Shown here: positions 60,807-64,000 of the stretch, in pieces | How the letters are laid out: each line of letters opens with the position of its first letter | How positions within the stretch are numbered: position 1 is the first letter of the stretch | Assembly (NCBI GenBank): GCA_965205865.1 | Contig: CBDBHR010000030.1 | Location: 928,001 to 992,000, forward strand | Reading direction: 5' to 3' | Source of the DNA: a bacterium | Lineage (GTDB): Bacteria; SAR324; NAC60-12 | DNA length: 64,000 bases | Program-made: the position numbers and the translations under genes | Notes under the pieces: generated by a model | Seen by the model: the letters and a program-made list of their open reading frames with translations, nothing else | The model's database searches: none | What the model was told of the DNA's origin: nothing

Positions 60807-60899
60807 TAACGCAAAGGTCACTTGCACCCACCCGATAATGACCACTGGAACAGAGATGAACTGACAGTCTGCCACAAAACTTCAAATCGGGGTCAGGCC
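60807..60899 (+). other. attC site interrupted by two group II introns
   Basis: GCC(58462-58464)+TAAC gives RYYYAAC, then gcaaa-GGTCAC...CCCGAT / ATCGGG; right arm cut at 60900. Confidence 0.6.
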
Positions 60900-61470
60900 G
60901 TGCGCCAGGAAAGCTGGCAAGAAATAGAGAGTGAAAGTCTCTTACTCGGTAAGGCAGTAACGAGCCGCCGAGTCCCCGAGTCATGAGTGGTTATTCGCAA
61001 GGATAGGCGCTAAGCGTTGACAGGGGAGAACATAGGCTCGGTATTGAGCTCCGAAATCATAGTCTCAGGCGCTGACCTTGTGGTCTGGTGGGGAAGGCAA
61101 TATCAACCGAAGGCCTTAGCGTGAGTCTCGGCTGAGCCTGGCGGAGTCAAAGACCCGGTGCATGTGTGGAAGTTTCTTGATCGGAACCTGGGAGATCCTG
61201 AAGACGACTGTCAACATTCTATTGGTAGTCGGATCGGGAAAATTAATAAATAACCCCGATATCTACGTCTTCAGGAAGTCGGACAAGTTCGTAGTAGCGA
61301 TGAAGCGGCGAACAATGAGATCATTTGTAGAGAGTAACAATGCAAAGGAAATCAACGGAGCCTGTGGAGCAAAGGGACTTGGCTGAGAGGAATTCTGCTT
61401 GTCCTCCTGTGTTCGGAACTCAGAGGCCGGTAAAATCAGAGAGCGGTTTAAGCAGGGTGCGCCAAACGGC
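60900..61470 (+). ncRNA. 5' portion of a second group II intron, truncated at the start of the RT ORF
   Basis: Starts GTGCGCC; GAGAGTGAAAGTCTC, GGGGAAGGC, GGAAGTCGGAC; ends in TQRPVKSESGLSRVRQTA, which resembles an IEP N-terminus; no D5/D6 seen. Confidence 0.75.
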
Positions 61471-61644
61471 ATTGATCCAAGTCCATTTAGCCGACAGTCT
61501 TAAAAAGCAGGACGTCATCACAAAGCGCTGATGGTTTTGGAAACTTTGGTCTTGGAGAGCCGGGAAGAATTGGCAGAAAAAATTCCTCAATGGAAAGACA
61601 CTCCGGAGAGTTTGGATTCTCCGGAGTCCGAAAAGAGGCATTTG

Positions 61645-61698
61645 AGAGAAAGGTTTGCAAGAAGGTCGAGAAGAAGGTCTGGAGAAAGGTCTGGAAAA
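61645..61698 (+). pseudogene. Remnant of an EG-repeat tail (Rpn/YhgA-like proteins)
   Basis: EKGLQEGREEGLEKGLEK in one frame, no intact ORF. Confidence 0.35.
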
Positions 61699-62839
61699 AT
61701 GAAAACTGATTGGTTAAATCCACATGACTCAAAACCCTCTCAAACAAGAGAGGACTCCTCGAGAAGAGTTGATTCGAAAAAGTAAAGAAGAGTTACAAAG
61801 CCTGCTTCAACAGCTTCAATCTCAACTCAATCGCTCCTAAGCAAGCTCAAGCAACTTTTTGCGAAAGCTGCTTATTTTGAGTGCGCATCACTCCTTGAAA
61901 TGATGCGCTCTGCATCCCATGCTTTTCGTTCCGTAAAGGGTAAGATTGCCCCATATTTTCAAGGACTGACACAGAGAGCAGCGAGGATCAAGTCCTGGAT
62001 GAGACAAGCACTCGCCACTGAGGAGTTAAGAGGAGCAAAAAAAATCGATTGACCTCCTCTGAATATTGTTATACAGAGAGGATACTGAAGGGGATAATGA
62101 AATCTACCAGAATTCTAGTATCATAGTTCTTTTGTGATAGTTTTCAAGAAATCGCCTTTGCTGAAGGTTTTTAAGAATTTCTGCTTGTTTTTTTCTTTTT
62201 TGATAGATTTTAAAAAAAATGATTGCTGCTACACGTTAGATTGAATGAGCTTCACTGAACACCCACTAAGATTCACTCAGGGAAGAGGAAGAAAATAGAA
62301 AGAAGAAGAGCAGGATCAAAGGAGGATAAAAGTGAGAAAGAAAATGGAAGAATCAAAATCAAGAATATTGAAAAAGAAAAACGATTGCTGTTGCACTTCA
62401 GACTAATGGAGAGTATTGTACGTTGATACTAACGTTTTTGCTGCACTTTGTCAGTGCTATTAACAAATAATCAAATTTTACTTTTATTTTATAATTGGGT
62501 ATGATATTTAAAGGGATGAGTGAATAATCAAATTATTCTTATCTTCCCAAATGTCCGTAAACTCTTTAAATAACCATAAGAAAATACTCAATTATTAATG
62601 AATCATCTTTTTAAAAAATCCCTTGATAATAAGGTGGATATGAGAGTAATCTTAAACACCCAGTTCCAAGCAACAAGTCACAAGTCCCCAATCCCAAGTT
62701 CTACCCCCTTATATTATCTCGACATCAGGGAGAGATCCTTAAGATCCCTCGTTCCCCGTTCCGGAAACGGAAGGGCAATGGGGAATTTTGAAAATCATCG
62801 GCGCCTGAGTGCATCGGTTTATGGTTCATTGCCCAATCT

Positions 62840-63112
62840 TGGAGGCAATGAATCGGTTTTTTGATCACTTGAAAATGAATGAGAGCCAATGTGTAGAGGA
62901 ATCGTCGGGAACTTGCTTTGGGGAATCAAAGCAGGTTTTAAAGCAACCCGCAATCTTGTTTTTAATCAAAAAGCAGAAAGGAGCACCATGAACCGTCAAA
63001 AAAGTAGAGCAATCGTCGAGAACGTGCTTTCGGGGACGAAAGCAGGTTTCAAAGCAATCCTTTAATTTTGAACATTCAATCGAAAGGAAAAAGATGAATC
63101 ATCAAAAAAGCA
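62840..63112 (+). repeat. Tandem leader repeats (about 106-111 bp period) upstream of the SBP gene
   Basis: GTAGAG.AATCGTCG.GAAC.TGCTTT.GGG....AAAGCAGGTTT.AAAGCAA occurs twice; GAAAGGA...ATGAA.C.TCAAAAAAG occurs twice. Confidence 0.8.
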
Positions 63113-64000
63113 AATCAACCTTCAGTGCAATCCTGCTCACCCTCACCCTGATGGTGACCGTACTCTGGGTCGGTCCGGCTGCAGCCCAGAAGTATGTGAC
63201 GGACCCCAGTACTGGAAAGGTAGTGACCGCACCGGAATACGGCGGCACATTGACCTATCCCCACAAACTTGTTGGGGAGACTACTGACCCGTTCCGATCG
63301 GGCGGCTCGGCTGCGCACCAAATCGGCTCGGTTAATCAGCATCTCGGCACCGGGGACTGGGGAATAAATAGGGAGGTCTATGACTATAGAGACACTTTCC
63401 CCCCTGATTTTACAATAACTGGGCAGTTGGCGGAAAGCTGGGAAACTCCCGACCCACTGACTTACATCTTCCACATCCGTCAGGAAGTTCATTACGCCCT
63501 TGATCAAAACAGTGAGGCCAGTCGCTTAGTAAACGGGCGGGAACTCACAGCCGATGATGTCGTATATACCTATCAGCGTAATAACGTCCTGGGCGACTTC
63601 ACCGAACAACCTGGCTTCTCTTACGGGGCGATCAAGCTGCCATGGGAATCGATAGAGGCCACCGACAAATATACGGTTGTTATGAAGCTGAAGGAGCCAT
63701 CCCTCATTGCGCTAAGGCTTATGCTCGGCGAAGGTATGCAGTTTATATTACCCCCCGAGGTAATCGAGAAATACGGTAACTATGAGGATTGGAAGAACGT
63801 GGTCGGCACCGGGCCCATTATGCTGACTGACTATGTTGAAGGCATCTCTATCACCTGGGACAAGAATCCGGACTATTGGGGCAACGACCCAAAATACCTG
63901 CGGAACCGCTTGCCCTATATTGACAAGCTGAGAGCCCTGCTTATACCCGAAGAAGCATCACGTCTGGCGGCACTACGCACGGGTAAGGTTGACATAATAT
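63094..64000 (+). CDS. ABC family-5 substrate-binding protein (runs off the window end)
   Basis: MNHQKSKSTFSAILLTLTLMV..AAAQKYVTDPSTGKVVTAPEYGGTLT, LAESWE, NGRELTA, GTGP, KNPDYW; open to the end. Confidence 0.9.
   Translation, partial: MNHQKSKSTFSAILLTLTLMVTVLWVGPAAAQKYVTDPSTGKVVTAPEYGGTLTYPHKLVGETTDPFRSGGSAAHQIGSVNQHLGTGDWGINREVYDYRDTFPPDFTITGQLAESWETPDPLTYIFHIRQEVHYALDQNSEASRLVNGRELTADDVVYTYQRNNVLGDFTEQPGFSYGAIKLPWESIEATDKYTVVMKLKEPSLIALRLMLGEGMQFILPPEVIEKYGNYEDWKNVVGTGPIMLTDYVEGISITWDKNPDYWGNDPKYLRNRLPYIDKLRALLIPEEASRLAALRTGKVDII

Noticed and set aside
61700..62750. AT-rich region with purine runs
   Set aside because: No credible ORF, repeat or RNA motif could be supported.
62840..63112. 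CRISPR array interpretation of the tandem repeats (also 6329-6703 and 34644/36826)
   Set aside because: The repeats are degenerate and few, there are no unique spacers of regular length, and no cas genes are present.

Overview
Bacterial chromosomal window. The gene content suggests a SAR324/deltaproteobacterial-type organism, but that is inference only. A housekeeping core spans about 13.7-47 kb: mpg, cysO/cysM, an extended radC, rlmE, mpl, rlmD, mutS, hemJ, tRNA-fMet and tRNA-Gly, ftsQ, murB, rsfS, a radical SAM gene, ubiE/menG, mmsA, an NAD-linked formate dehydrogenase cluster, aapJQMP, pntAB and an acetylxylan esterase. Two decaying accessory regions flank it (1-13.7 kb and 47-64 kb). They hold four paralogous family-5 ABC substrate-binding protein (SBP) genes, IS66, IS1380, IS1595 and IS5/ISNCY-like elements, several MITEs, toxin-antitoxin relics, integron attC sites without an integrase, and two group II intron remnants. 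The most notable observations are: (i) an ORF-less group II intron inserted exactly in an attC core, with a second truncated intron in the same attC; (ii) stacked tandem SD+ATG leader modules in front of two different SBP genes; (iii) a sulfur carrier ending GG-F next to cysM and divergent from a JAB protein with an unusual Cys-rich N-terminal extension; (iv) a Uma2 integron cassette with a non-canonical GTTCTAA core; (v) an IS66 whose end was broken by a MITE and that appears to use an outer substitute end. All calls come from reading the sequence; no database searches were run.
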